The notes beneath the pieces were generated by a model. It did not search any database and was not told where the DNA came from. It was given only the letters and a program-made list of their open reading frames with translations. The translations under genes and the position numbers were made by a program. 47,535 nt of DNA from Pseudomonadota bacterium (GTDB taxonomy: Bacteria; Bdellovibrionota_B; Oligoflexia; Oligoflexales; CAIMVM01): NCBI GenBank assembly GCA_037142195.1, contig JBAXBA010000020.1, positions 1 to 47,535 of the forward strand. Reading direction: 5' to 3'. Position 1 is the stretch's first letter. Each line of letters starts with the position of its first letter. Positions 28,986 to 38,091 of the stretch are shown here, piece after piece.

Positions 28986-29819
28986 ATGAAACAGAAAATC
29001 GTGTCTTTGCCCACTGTCCGTTTTTCAAATGACCTTCCTTTGGCGATCATAGCAGGGATCAATGTTATGGAAGGCCGAGATTTAGCATTCTCTGTCGCCA
29101 CAACACTTAAGGAAATGACCTCGAAACTCGGCCTACCTTTTGTTTTTAAGGCATCTTTTGATAAGGCAAATCGCAGTTCCTTTAAAAGTTATCGGGGTAT
29201 CGGCATGGAAGAAACCTTAGAGATTTTTTCTGAAATTAAGTCTCAGCTGGGTGTGCCGGTTATTACGGATATTCACGATCCGTCTCAAGCAAAACCGTTA
29301 TCAGAAGTGGTCGATATCATTCAAATTCCCGCTTTTTTGTGCCGACAGACAGACCTTATTTTAGCGGCAGCCAATACCGGCAAAGTGATCAATGTCAAGA
29401 AAATGCAAATGATGGCTCCTTGGGATGTTACTAATATTTTTAAAAAATTTGAAGAAGCAGGAAACACCAATGTGCTGATTTGCGAGCGCGGCACCACATT
29501 TGGCTATAATAACTTGGTGGTCGATCCCCTTGGGTTTCCTCATTTAAAGGAATATGGGTATCCAGTGATCTTTGATGTGACACACTCCCTTCAGCAGCCG
29601 GGAGGCCTCGGAGAAGCCACTGCTGGTCGCGGGCGTCTGGCGGAAGGCCTTGCCCTTGCCGGAGTCGTGCAGGGAATCGCAGGTGTTTTCTTAGAAACCC
29701 ACCCTGAGCCAGAAAATGCACGGTGTGATGGTCCTTGTGCCACCCCTTTACGGGATATGCAGGCCATGCTTTCTCATCTGAAAGATGCGGATCAAATGGT
29801 TAAAGGTTGGAAAAAATGA
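28986..29819 (+). CDS. kdsA: 3-deoxy-8-phosphooctulonate (KDO8P) synthase
   Basis: FKASFDKANRSS, QIPAFLCRQTDL, CERGTTFGYNNLVVD, FDVTHSLQ, ARCDGP. Confidence 0.96.
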   Translation: MKQKIVSLPTVRFSNDLPLAIIAGINVMEGRDLAFSVATTLKEMTSKLGLPFVFKASFDKANRSSFKSYRGIGMEETLEIFSEIKSQLGVPVITDIHDPSQAKPLSEVVDIIQIPAFLCRQTDLILAAANTGKVINVKKMQMMAPWDVTNIFKKFEEAGNTNVLICERGTTFGYNNLVVDPLGFPHLKEYGYPVIFDVTHSLQQPGGLGEATAGRGRLAEGLALAGVVQGIAGVFLETHPEPENARCDGPCATPLRDMQAMLSHLKDADQMVKGWKK

Positions 29820-31258
29820 GTCTTGCCGAGTATTCGGCAGGAGGGCTTGCGAAACTTGTCCGCGATCGGGCGTTAAAACCTTCTGAAGTCGTGAATTATT
29901 TTGTAGGACGGGTGAATCAACACAATCCCAAGCTCAACAGTCTGATTCATTTTAATCCTGAAAATCTTCTTATAGAAGCTCAAAGGCTTGATGCAAGTCC
30001 AGAGCGCAAGCAAGCTTTTTTCGGCATTCCTCTTCCCATTAAAGAGCTGACAGAAATAAAGGGGAGTCTCACGACCTATGGGTCGCGTGCTTTTTCAAGC
30101 TTTAAAGCTCCCTTTACCAGAACAGCCGTGAAGCAACTTATGGATGCTGGTTTTATGCCCTTTGGCTCTAGCACAAGCTCAGAGTTTGGGGCTAGTTGCT
30201 TTTCAGAGTCTTTGCTAAACGGGATTACGAGAAATCCTTGGGATTTGAATCTGACCCCAGGCGGCTCGAGTGGGGGAGGGGCCTCGGCTCTTGCAGCAGG
30301 TATGGTTCCCATAGCCCATGGGAGTGATGGGGGCGGATCGCTGCGCATTCCAGCCGCTTGGTGCGGTGTCGTAGGCTTTAAGCCTAGCCGTGGAGTGGTT
30401 ACTTCAGGTCCTCGGTACTCATGGTCGATGCTTTCCACACAAGGAGTTATGACAAGAAACATAGAAGATCAGGCGCTCGTTTATGATATTTGGAATCAGC
30501 CCGACTTGTTATCTTGGTCACCTTTCAAAGAGATGAACTTTAGGCGGAATCTCGAATCATTAGCATCGGCAGCCCAGGCAAGCACGCGTGGCAAGTTGCG
30601 TGTGGGAATCTTAAGAGAGACTCGCTCTTCGGGGGCCATCGATCAAGAATCTCTCAAGGTTTTAGATGAAGTAGCAGTGCACTTAAAAGTTCTAGGCTAC
30701 CAAGTTTTGGATTATGATCTGGATAGGGGAGACACAGAGACTTTTATCGATTTCTTTCAAACCCTTTGGGCGTCCCTCATCGGAGCTGTGTCCGATGACC
30801 CTTCCCTCTTTGAGCCCACCAACCAATGGATGTGGGAAATGGCAAGGCGCCAGTCAGCTATGGATCTATGCAAGGCTCAAAATGAAGCTCAATTTTTTTC
30901 AAGGCGGATCGTCTCGCAATTTGCCTCAGATATTGATTTTCTGGTGACCTTAACGGTCCCCTCTTCTCCCCCTAAGGCTGGACTTTCCCTCGAGATTTCT
31001 CAAATCTCTCCCAAAAGTCTCATCGATAAGAATTGGGAGCTGAGTCCCATGACCCCTTGGGTGAACGTTACCGGACAGCCTGCCATATCCTTACCTTTAG
31101 GTCGAACTTCGACGGGGCTTCCCGTTGGGATTCAGGTGGTGGGTGCTCCTTTTCAAGATGTATCCCTGCTCCAACTGGCCTATCATCTTGAAGAGACATT
31201 AGGCTATCCAGACGCCACAGGAAAACGTTTCCCTATCGCTCCTCTAGCACTCCTCTAG
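29816..31258 (+). CDS. Amidase signature family protein
   Basis: PIKE, PGGSSGG, GSDGGGSLRIPAAWCGVVGFKPSRG, NVTGQPAISLP; ATGA overlap with kdsA. Confidence 0.93.
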   Translation: MSLAEYSAGGLAKLVRDRALKPSEVVNYFVGRVNQHNPKLNSLIHFNPENLLIEAQRLDASPERKQAFFGIPLPIKELTEIKGSLTTYGSRAFSSFKAPFTRTAVKQLMDAGFMPFGSSTSSEFGASCFSESLLNGITRNPWDLNLTPGGSSGGGASALAAGMVPIAHGSDGGGSLRIPAAWCGVVGFKPSRGVVTSGPRYSWSMLSTQGVMTRNIEDQALVYDIWNQPDLLSWSPFKEMNFRRNLESLASAAQASTRGKLRVGILRETRSSGAIDQESLKVLDEVAVHLKVLGYQVLDYDLDRGDTETFIDFFQTLWASLIGAVSDDPSLFEPTNQWMWEMARRQSAMDLCKAQNEAQFFSRRIVSQFASDIDFLVTLTVPSSPPKAGLSLEISQISPKSLIDKNWELSPMTPWVNVTGQPAISLPLGRTSTGLPVGIQVVGAPFQDVSLLQLAYHLEETLGYPDATGKRFPIAPLALL

Positions 31259-31282
31259 TGCTCCTCTAGTGCTCCTCTAGCA
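31238..31282. repeat. Tandem repeat, 4 x 11 bp (GCTCCTCTAGT-like), spanning the amidase stop codon
   Basis: gctcctctagc actcctctagt gctcctctagt gctcctctagc. Confidence 0.85.
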
Positions 31283-31501
31283 AACCTATCATCAGCGGAT
31301 TGAAGGTTTCCTTTCATGGCGGCTTCAGTCTCGCCCAAACAATTTCCGAAAGCTTTTAAGATACCTAGAGATATCAATCATTTTCGAGGACTTCGACCAG
31401 CAGAGGTCTTCAACGAAACTGCAGTTATTCCTAGGGCTGAAGTTCGTGGCTAGATCTAGTTTTTTTTAAAATCTCTGGGTATCATGAAGGAGGAGCAAAA
31501 T

Positions 31502-32434
31502 ATGGAAAAAGCTAAATTTCTAGTTCCCTTCTCAGCCGTGGTCCTGGGGTATTCTTGGGCGTTATGGGTGAAGGTAGGTTTAAGTTTGCAGGCTTTACCC
31601 CTACTCGGCCTATGGATCAGTTTAGTCACTATGGCTTTTTTCCCCCTCTTTAAAGAAAATCCGCTAGCCCAACTTATCGGCAAGCCTATAGAAGGTGGCT
31701 GGACTTTTCTATGGCTGAGTCTACCTATCCTCGTAAACGGCTTTTGGGGGGTACAAACCCATACTTTGAGTTTAAACCATCTTGCCAAGACAGCTCTTAT
31801 TTTATGGGTGCCGTATCTTTTATGGCACCTAGGAAATGTTATCAAAGACCGTAGTCTCATGGATATCTTGCTTCTCTTAAGTCTGCTATTGCCATGGAAA
31901 TTTGGTTTTCTCGACGGTGCCTGGCCTTTAGGGAAGGGGCAAGGGGGATTTCACGCCATTAACGGCATTTTAAGCATTCATGTAGGCGTTTGTTTACTTA
32001 GTCGAAAATTTGCAATATTAGGGCTTCCCTTGCAGCAGACGAAAAGAGACTGGCTAAAGGTGGGTGTTTTTTGTCTCGTTTTAGCAGGTTCCTACTTTTT
32101 TCTTCATCGCCACAACTTGAAACTGCCAGAGGTTTCTTTTCGGGCCTCTTTTGTCTTAGAAATCCTAACGCTCGTTGTCGTCTACGGCTTTATTGAAGAA
32201 ATACTGTTTAGAGGCTTTATCTTAAACTGGACTAAGTCCGTTACAGCTTCTTCCATCTTAAGTATCATCTTATCTGCGGGCCTTGGTGCGGTATTTTCAT
32301 TGATGCCAAGCTGGGCAGGAGCGGCAGCTGTCGGAGCAGCCTCAGGAGTCATTTATATTTGGACCTCATCGCTTTTAGTGAGTGTGATTTTTGGGAGTGT
32401 ATTACGAGCTTTAGTGATAATGGCTTTTTTCTAA
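31502..32434 (+). CDS. CPBP (CAAX/Abi-family) intramembrane protease-like protein, motifs partly degenerate
   Basis: Polytopic membrane protein with EEILFRG; AGGAGG RBS before ATG 31502. Confidence 0.75.
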   Translation: MEKAKFLVPFSAVVLGYSWALWVKVGLSLQALPLLGLWISLVTMAFFPLFKENPLAQLIGKPIEGGWTFLWLSLPILVNGFWGVQTHTLSLNHLAKTALILWVPYLLWHLGNVIKDRSLMDILLLLSLLLPWKFGFLDGAWPLGKGQGGFHAINGILSIHVGVCLLSRKFAILGLPLQQTKRDWLKVGVFCLVLAGSYFFLHRHNLKLPEVSFRASFVLEILTLVVVYGFIEEILFRGFILNWTKSVTASSILSIILSAGLGAVFSLMPSWAGAAAVGAASGVIYIWTSSLLVSVIFGSVLRALVIMAFF

Positions 32435-32561
32435 AAAGGATAGAGTGCTCAAATCCTATAAGTGCTTTTTCGGATAGGTTGAATTGCCATGTCTCATATA
32501 GAGTGACTTGATATAAGACCTAGGTAAGAACTTAATTCCAGAAAAAACAAGCAGCATGCAT

Positions 32562-32595
32562 AAAAAATCAGAGCCTCAAAAAGCTCTGATTTTTT
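32562..32595. terminator. Bidirectional intrinsic terminator
   Basis: AAAAAATCAGAGC-ctcaaaaa-GCTCTGATTTTTT between convergent genes. Confidence 0.85.
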
Positions 32596-32616
32596 GTGAA
32601 AGATAACGATCTGTTT

Positions 32617-33027
32617 TCAGGTTCCATCTTTCAAAGCTTTAAGACAGCCTAGGGCATCTTCTTTGGTGGCTGTGACTCCAGTTACAGAATGACCTTGGGC
32701 TACTTTTGAGAGGCAATCAGCAACAAGACCATTGTCTCCGCCGTCTTTTTTGCCGCCTGGTACAAATCCAGAGGAATTGCATTCTTGTACTACTTTAGCA
32801 CATGCGGGGCCGGATAGAATCGCTTTTCGAGTCTCTTTTTTCTCGGTTTTTTCGGCTTTCTTCTCTGCCTTAGCTTCTGTCACTTTAGCCTTAGCCTCTG
32901 ACATCTTGCTCTTAGCTCCTTGCAACATGCTTTTGCCGTGTTCGTATTTTTTTTCGACGGCACTTTGCTCTTCTGCGTGAACTAAAGAGGAAAATGCAAG
33001 GGCGGAAAGCAAAATCATCGACTTCAT
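32617..33027 (-). CDS. Secreted hypothetical protein with K/E/A-rich linker and four-Cys C-terminal domain
   Basis: Signal peptide ending VHA, GGAG RBS, CxxxxxxC...C...C. Confidence 0.8.
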   Translation of the reverse strand: MKSMILLSALAFSSLVHAEEQSAVEKKYEHGKSMLQGAKSKMSEAKAKVTEAKAEKKAEKTEKKETRKAILSGPACAKVVQECNSSGFVPGGKKDGGDNGLVADCLSKVAQGHSVTGVTATKEDALGCLKALKDGT

Positions 33028-33340
33028 AGAAACTCCAAAGATAAAAGTTTATTCCCGCAATTATGGCACGGTTTGGGAAATGGGCCAACTCTAAATGTAC
33101 TCTAGCAATTGACAATCTACTTTTTTGGGGAGCCAGTCTTTTCATAGTTTCACATGAAGAATCCTTAAGAGTTTATGTGTCCAACGATCTCATACTCATT
33201 TTTTAAAGACATTTGATGGGGAGACGGAGGAACATGCGAAGCTAAAATGTATCTCAAGCGTGGCCGTGAATGGGGGCCTCAAGGCAGGGCACCGAAGACT
33301 CAGCAATGCGCGCGAACTTTTTAAGAACGGATGTTTTGGG

Positions 33341-34150
33341 CTAACGTCGCTCAGGGAGCGATATAGCGGATCTAGCGTTATAGTCATTCACAAATTCATT
33401 TAGGTCAGGGATCTTGTCATAGAGAATCTTAATGAGACTTAAAGGGGAGCTCGGTGCGGTCCTTCCGGCAAGGCTGCGTTCAGGTTCCTGAAGTAGGGAC
33501 GTAATCGGTCGTTGAAGGCGCCCCAGAGATTCATCAAGGGCTGAGCCGATCATGATGCGAATCATTTGTGTCAGGAAACCACCCCCGCTGACCCAAATGT
33601 TGATGAGGCCTCCTTGTTCTTCTATCTTGATATCGAAGATACGGCGAATCGTATTTCTTTCCATGGATCCTAGGTTTGCAAAGGCCTTGAAATCATGAGT
33701 TCCTACAAATGACGACAAACTTTTCGCTAACTGAGTGGCATCATGGATGCGTCTTTGTTCCCAGACATAAGGCCAAGCAAAGGGGTTAAGACACTCACCT
33801 TTCCATATTCGGTAGCGATAGATCTTCCCCAGTGCGGAATATGCGGGGTGAAAACTTTGGTGGGCTATTTGAGCGCTTTTAACCCGAATTTCCGAAGGCA
33901 GCAAAGACCTTAAACGAGATTCTAAAAGTGCCAAGTCTAAAGGGGATTCCTCCCACCTAAAGGTAACCACTTGATGCTCTGCAGACACACCTGTATCCGT
34001 TCTCGACGCTGACGTCAGACGAAGGGGGCGCTGCAGGACTTGCTCTAAAGCTTTTTCCAAAATATCCTGAACCGTATTTCCATGCGCTTGGCTTTGAAAT
34101 CCGAAGTACTGTCGCCCATCGTAAGCTAAATCAAGTCTAATATGATTCAA
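33341..34150 (-). CDS. truA: tRNA pseudouridine(38-40) synthase
   Basis: AYDG..YFGFQ.Q, SRTDTGVSA..QV, GTHDFKAF, GFL.QMIR, TAP; TTG start with GAGG RBS. Confidence 0.93.
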   Translation of the reverse strand: MNHIRLDLAYDGRQYFGFQSQAHGNTVQDILEKALEQVLQRPLRLTSASRTDTGVSAEHQVVTFRWEESPLDLALLESRLRSLLPSEIRVKSAQIAHQSFHPAYSALGKIYRYRIWKGECLNPFAWPYVWEQRRIHDATQLAKSLSSFVGTHDFKAFANLGSMERNTIRRIFDIKIEEQGGLINIWVSGGGFLTQMIRIMIGSALDESLGRLQRPITSLLQEPERSLAGRTAPSSPLSLIKILYDKIPDLNEFVNDYNARSAISLPERR

Positions 34151-34494
34151 AGTGAGGCCTCTCTATGTAGAAACATTAGGGAAGGCAACTTCATAGCTCG
34201 GGACGAAACCTAAGCTTTAGTCAAGGAACGTGCATGAGAAGCCTTACCTACATGGGAATTATACTAGCTGTGCTGCAGAAAATCCTAGGTTTCGGTAATG
34301 GCATCTATGAGCCTTCTGCGAGCTGACCCTTGCTCTGAAATAATCCGTGGATATACTTTTTGTGGTGAGGAGGACTTTCTTGGCGTAAATCCTTTGTAGC
34401 TAAAAAAATTATCGTTTGCCATTCATGACAAGTATATCCGTACGGCTGTCTGGCTAGCATCAAAATTTCAATTTATACACAGTAGCAACCAAAA

Positions 34495-35799
34495 CTAAAC
34501 ATTTTTTTTGGACAAGTCTTTCATCATTTGCCAGTAAGGGGATATATCTAACTTCACTTCTAAACTTTTCAAGATCGAATAAACTCCTGCTAACTTGCGA
34601 TGGAGGAACACTATGGAGTATGGTGGGGGGCTGTAGACTAACTCTCGTGATAGAGATTTCATAGCTGTCTGTGACTCTTTAGTATGGTTTCTGTCTGAAA
34701 AATCAAAAAAGGTGCCACCTGAGGCTTGCTTAAAGAATGGCTTGATGGCAGTTTTAAGCATTTCTTCGAAAGCGAGAAATGCGGTTTCAGACTCCCGAGA
34801 ATCGATAAATGCCATGTCTATAGCCAGCTCTCTAAATGCCTTAGGGCTTCTTTGGGAAGCTAAGTCTAGAAGTGCAATATATCTTTTTACAAACTCGGGA
34901 GTATATCGTCTCGTCGCGCCGAAATCCAAGAGAGTGATGCCCGTTTCAGAATTCTTCGTATTGATTAAAAAGTTGCCCCAATTGGGATCGGTTTGAACCA
35001 TTCCCCATTCAAAGAACTCATGAAAGTAAAGATCCAGAATCGCTAAGGCTACTTGGTCCTTATCTCGTTTGCTGGGGCTCTGGCTCAGCCAATGCCTAAA
35101 AGTCAATCCAGGCTCAAAACTCATGGCGAGCACTTTTCTACCGGAAAGCTCTCCAAAGACCTCAGGTACCCTAAACTGGCAAGCTGAGGTTTGATTTAGA
35201 TTTGTTACTTTTTCTGCGAACTCCCTTTGAAACCCGGCCTCAAGCCTATAGTCTAACTCTTGGTCTAGGATGAATTTAAACTCTTTAAAGAGATCATCTA
35301 AATTCATTTTACGTCCGGATATTTGACAAAAAGAAGAGGCCAATGTTTTCAAGATCTTCAAATCAGCGTCAATGGACTCTGCTACCTTGGGGTACTGCAC
35401 TTTTAGAACTATATCGCGATGGGACATTCTGGCCTTATGAACCTGCCCAATACTGGCCACTCCAATGGGACTTCTAGAAATATCTGTTATCAGGTTTCTG
35501 TGAGGTCCCTTGATTTCTGAATTGATAACTCTCTCAATCTCCTCAAAAGGTCGGCTTGTGGCGGCATTCTGAAGCTGACTCAGGATTTCCACGGCTTCGG
35601 GTGGGAAATAGTCATCGAGATCTAAGCTCAAGAGCTGGCCAACTTTCATGGCAGCGCCCTTTAATTGAGAGAGAGATTTTGCGATAAGCACAGCCTGCTC
35701 AATTCGGGAGTTTAAATCCCCCGACTGCAGCTCTTTAATGCCAACGTGTGCTGCTAGTTTCAGGAGCTCATAGGTTCTGCCTATTCCCTTGGACTTCAT
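34495..35799 (-). CDS. ABC1/AarF/UbiB (COQ8-like) atypical kinase
   Basis: LKGAAMKVGQ (KxGQ), ASIGQVH, LKVQYP, ELDY, QTDPNWGNF, LDFGA. Confidence 0.93.
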   Translation of the reverse strand: MKSKGIGRTYELLKLAAHVGIKELQSGDLNSRIEQAVLIAKSLSQLKGAAMKVGQLLSLDLDDYFPPEAVEILSQLQNAATSRPFEEIERVINSEIKGPHRNLITDISRSPIGVASIGQVHKARMSHRDIVLKVQYPKVAESIDADLKILKTLASSFCQISGRKMNLDDLFKEFKFILDQELDYRLEAGFQREFAEKVTNLNQTSACQFRVPEVFGELSGRKVLAMSFEPGLTFRHWLSQSPSKRDKDQVALAILDLYFHEFFEWGMVQTDPNWGNFLINTKNSETGITLLDFGATRRYTPEFVKRYIALLDLASQRSPKAFRELAIDMAFIDSRESETAFLAFEEMLKTAIKPFFKQASGGTFFDFSDRNHTKESQTAMKSLSRELVYSPPPYSIVFLHRKLAGVYSILKSLEVKLDISPYWQMMKDLSKKNV

Positions 35800-36015
35800 T
35801 GGTTCCTCCTACGATGAAAGGACCCTTGCCTCTAAAATAAATCACATCACTATATAGTAGCTACGGTCTAAAACTAAAGTTAAAACTGCTATATGAAACT
35901 TATGCAATATTGAGCATGCAAGCGCTGTTCCTTTCCCACTTCAGTGATGCCGGTGGGATCTTTGGGAAGTCTCCAATGATTGAAAGTCGTCATCTACTAG
36001 CTCTCCTATAGGGAG

Positions 36016-36513
36016 CTAGAAAGGTAGCTTCGTCAATTCTTTTTGATCTAGCATAACTTCTAGCATAACGTTAGCGGAAAAGATCATTTCTTCAAGACTA
36101 TCTAAGCGGTCTGAGCTCACTTCACTAATGTCTGTATCTTTTTGCTTCAGTTCGGAGAAATCTCTGGCTATTTGCTTAAGAATTTTTAGCTCTCTAGTTT
36201 TTAAGATCTGTCTAATTACCTCATTTACGTCTTTTTCTGCCGAATAGACCCTGACTTTTTCATTGGGCGCCGGCGCTTCGAAAATCAATTTGTACTGGCA
36301 AAGTTCGTCAAGGGCTGGGCTGATCAAAGCTTTTGATAGCCCTAGATTGGCGGTCAAGTCAGTGCAGCTTAAGGGAGATTTTGAAAGGTAAAGTTGAGTC
36401 CAGATCGCCCCATGAATGCGACGAAATCCCCAATAACGAATGAAATCTCCAATGGAAAGGGATAGGCGTTTCCACTGGTTAGATGCTTTTTTGTTTTTTA
36501 GTTTACTTTTCAT
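36016..36513 (-). CDS. GbsR/MarR-family winged-helix transcriptional regulator
   Basis: IGDFIRYWGFRRIHGAIWTQLYLSKSPLS..DL...LGLSKALIS..L.EL. Confidence 0.85.
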   Translation of the reverse strand: MKSKLKNKKASNQWKRLSLSIGDFIRYWGFRRIHGAIWTQLYLSKSPLSCTDLTANLGLSKALISPALDELCQYKLIFEAPAPNEKVRVYSAEKDVNEVIRQILKTRELKILKQIARDFSELKQKDTDISEVSSDRLDSLEEMIFSANVMLEVMLDQKELTKLPF

Positions 36514-36549
36514 ATTGTTCATATTACTATGAACAATATGGAGATGCAA
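36502..36549. promoter_or_regulatory. Palindromic operator with two overlapping divergent sigma70 promoters
   Basis: CATATTGTTCATA-ttac-TATGAACAATATG (36511-36540); + strand TTTACT-17-TACTAT; - strand TTGCAT-17-TAATAT. Confidence 0.8.
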
Positions 36550-37020
36550 CTTAATCTTTCTTTCGGATGCAAAATGATTACTGTCTACTACGATGGCCTA
36601 TGCAAAGTCTGCAGTAAGGAGATTTCTCTATACCGAAATCAGCTTGGATCCGATTCCCTTAAGTTTGTTGATATTTGCTCTCAGGAGTTTGACGCTAAAG
36701 CCGAAGGTCTAGATCCCGTTCGCGTGCATCAAGTGATGCACGTTCGGCGGCAAGATGGAACTCTGGCCCTAAAAGTCGAGTCATTTATAGAAATATGGTC
36801 GGTACTTCCTAGGTTTCAATGGCTTGCCAAGGCGGCACGATGGGCTCCGGTAAATGTCGGCCTTCATTTGGGATACGCAGGATTTACTATGATAAGACCA
36901 TTTCTGCCGCGTAATACGAGCCCAGCAGACTGTAGCGAAAGCCCCTATTGTGACTTGAAAAGTGAAGTCAATAATGATTTGAAAAATGATTTGAAAAGTG
37001 AGGATAAGAAAGATGCCTAG
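36538..37020 (+). CDS. DUF393 / DCC-family thiol-disulfide oxidoreductase-like protein
   Basis: YYDGLCKVC (DxxCxxC), FVDI, MHV; start 36538 (leaderless) or 36574. Confidence 0.88.
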   Translation: MEMQLNLSFGCKMITVYYDGLCKVCSKEISLYRNQLGSDSLKFVDICSQEFDAKAEGLDPVRVHQVMHVRRQDGTLALKVESFIEIWSVLPRFQWLAKAARWAPVNVGLHLGYAGFTMIRPFLPRNTSPADCSESPYCDLKSEVNNDLKNDLKSEDKKDA

Positions 37021-37459
37021 TTATCCAGTTGAATTTGTTTCCGAGGCCAAGGCGGATCAAGTGTTTGAACTCCCCTGGGTGATTTCCTCAGGGGAAATGA
37101 ATTCTTTTTGCAGTGTTCCCAAAGATTTTGGCGGCGCTGGCGGAGGTTTTTCACCTGAAGATCTCTTCTTGCAATCTGTAATGAACTGCTTTATAGGCAC
37201 CTTTAAAGTAATGGCGAAGCTTTCTAAAATCACATTCACAAATATGCAAGTGGGCGGGAAGCTTTATGTCGATAAAAACCACGAAGGAAAAGTTTGCATG
37301 AAAGCCATACACCTTGCCATAGGAATATCCGGGGCTGAGCGCCCGGAGCGTCTGGGGAATCTGGTGTCTAAAGCACTCCGTGAAGGATTTATCATCAACT
37401 CGGTAAAGAGCGAGATCCTTTACTCGCTCAATGAAGGTGCATTAGGGCCTATTTGTTAA
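37013..37459 (+). CDS. OsmC-family protein
   Basis: [17 protein letters not shown]...MNCF..TF, IINSVK. Confidence 0.85.
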   Translation: MPSYPVEFVSEAKADQVFELPWVISSGEMNSFCSVPKDFGGAGGGFSPEDLFLQSVMNCFIGTFKVMAKLSKITFTNMQVGGKLYVDKNHEGKVCMKAIHLAIGISGAERPERLGNLVSKALREGFIINSVKSEILYSLNEGALGPIC

Positions 37460-37497
37460 ATATTCTTGATCCATGCTACAGAGATAGGAAGGTTCAC

Positions 37498-38091
37498 ATG
37501 AGTCACACAGTTAGCTCGGTTCCACGAGGTTCAAAATTAGAGACGAATATACCTAAGCTTGCTGAAAGTATTTTCCTAGAAATAGGTGAAGACCCCAAGC
37601 GAGAGGGCTTGCTTAAGACTCCAGAAAGATTCTACAAAGCGATTCAGCATCTGACATCCGGGTATGGAAAAACGGCAAGCGAAGTCATTGGGGAAGGTAT
37701 ATTTAATAGCGAGTCTAGTGGCTTAGTATGCGTTAAAGATATAGAATTCTACAGCCTTTGTGAACACCATATGCTGCCTTTTTGGGGGAAAGCTTCGATT
37801 GCCTACTATCCGAATCAAAAGATACTGGGCCTCTCTAAGTTGGCTAGGATCGTTGATTTATTCTCTAAACGCCTGCAAGTCCAAGAGCGTTTTACAAAAG
37901 AAGTCGCTGAGACTGTTTATAGTTTAGTGGATGCCAGAGCGGCAGCGGTAGTTGTAGAAGCTCAACACATGTGCATGATGATGCGTGGCGTTCAAAAACA
38001 ATCTTCTATGACTCGAACGGAATTTTCCCTAGGCGTCGAATCGATTTCTGCGCTAGAGCTTGAAAGAATTTGGAAGCAATTTGAAAAATAG
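37498..38091 (+). CDS. folE: GTP cyclohydrolase I
   Basis: [48 protein letters not shown]. Confidence 0.95.
   Translation: MSHTVSSVPRGSKLETNIPKLAESIFLEIGEDPKREGLLKTPERFYKAIQHLTSGYGKTASEVIGEGIFNSESSGLVCVKDIEFYSLCEHHMLPFWGKASIAYYPNQKILGLSKLARIVDLFSKRLQVQERFTKEVAETVYSLVDARAAAVVVEAQHMCMMMRGVQKQSSMTRTEFSLGVESISALELERIWKQFEK

Noticed and set aside
34204..34294. Imperfect 11-bp inverted repeat upstream of truA
   Set aside because: Short, with a ~70-nt loop, no flanking target duplication and no other copies; insufficient for a MITE or RNA call.
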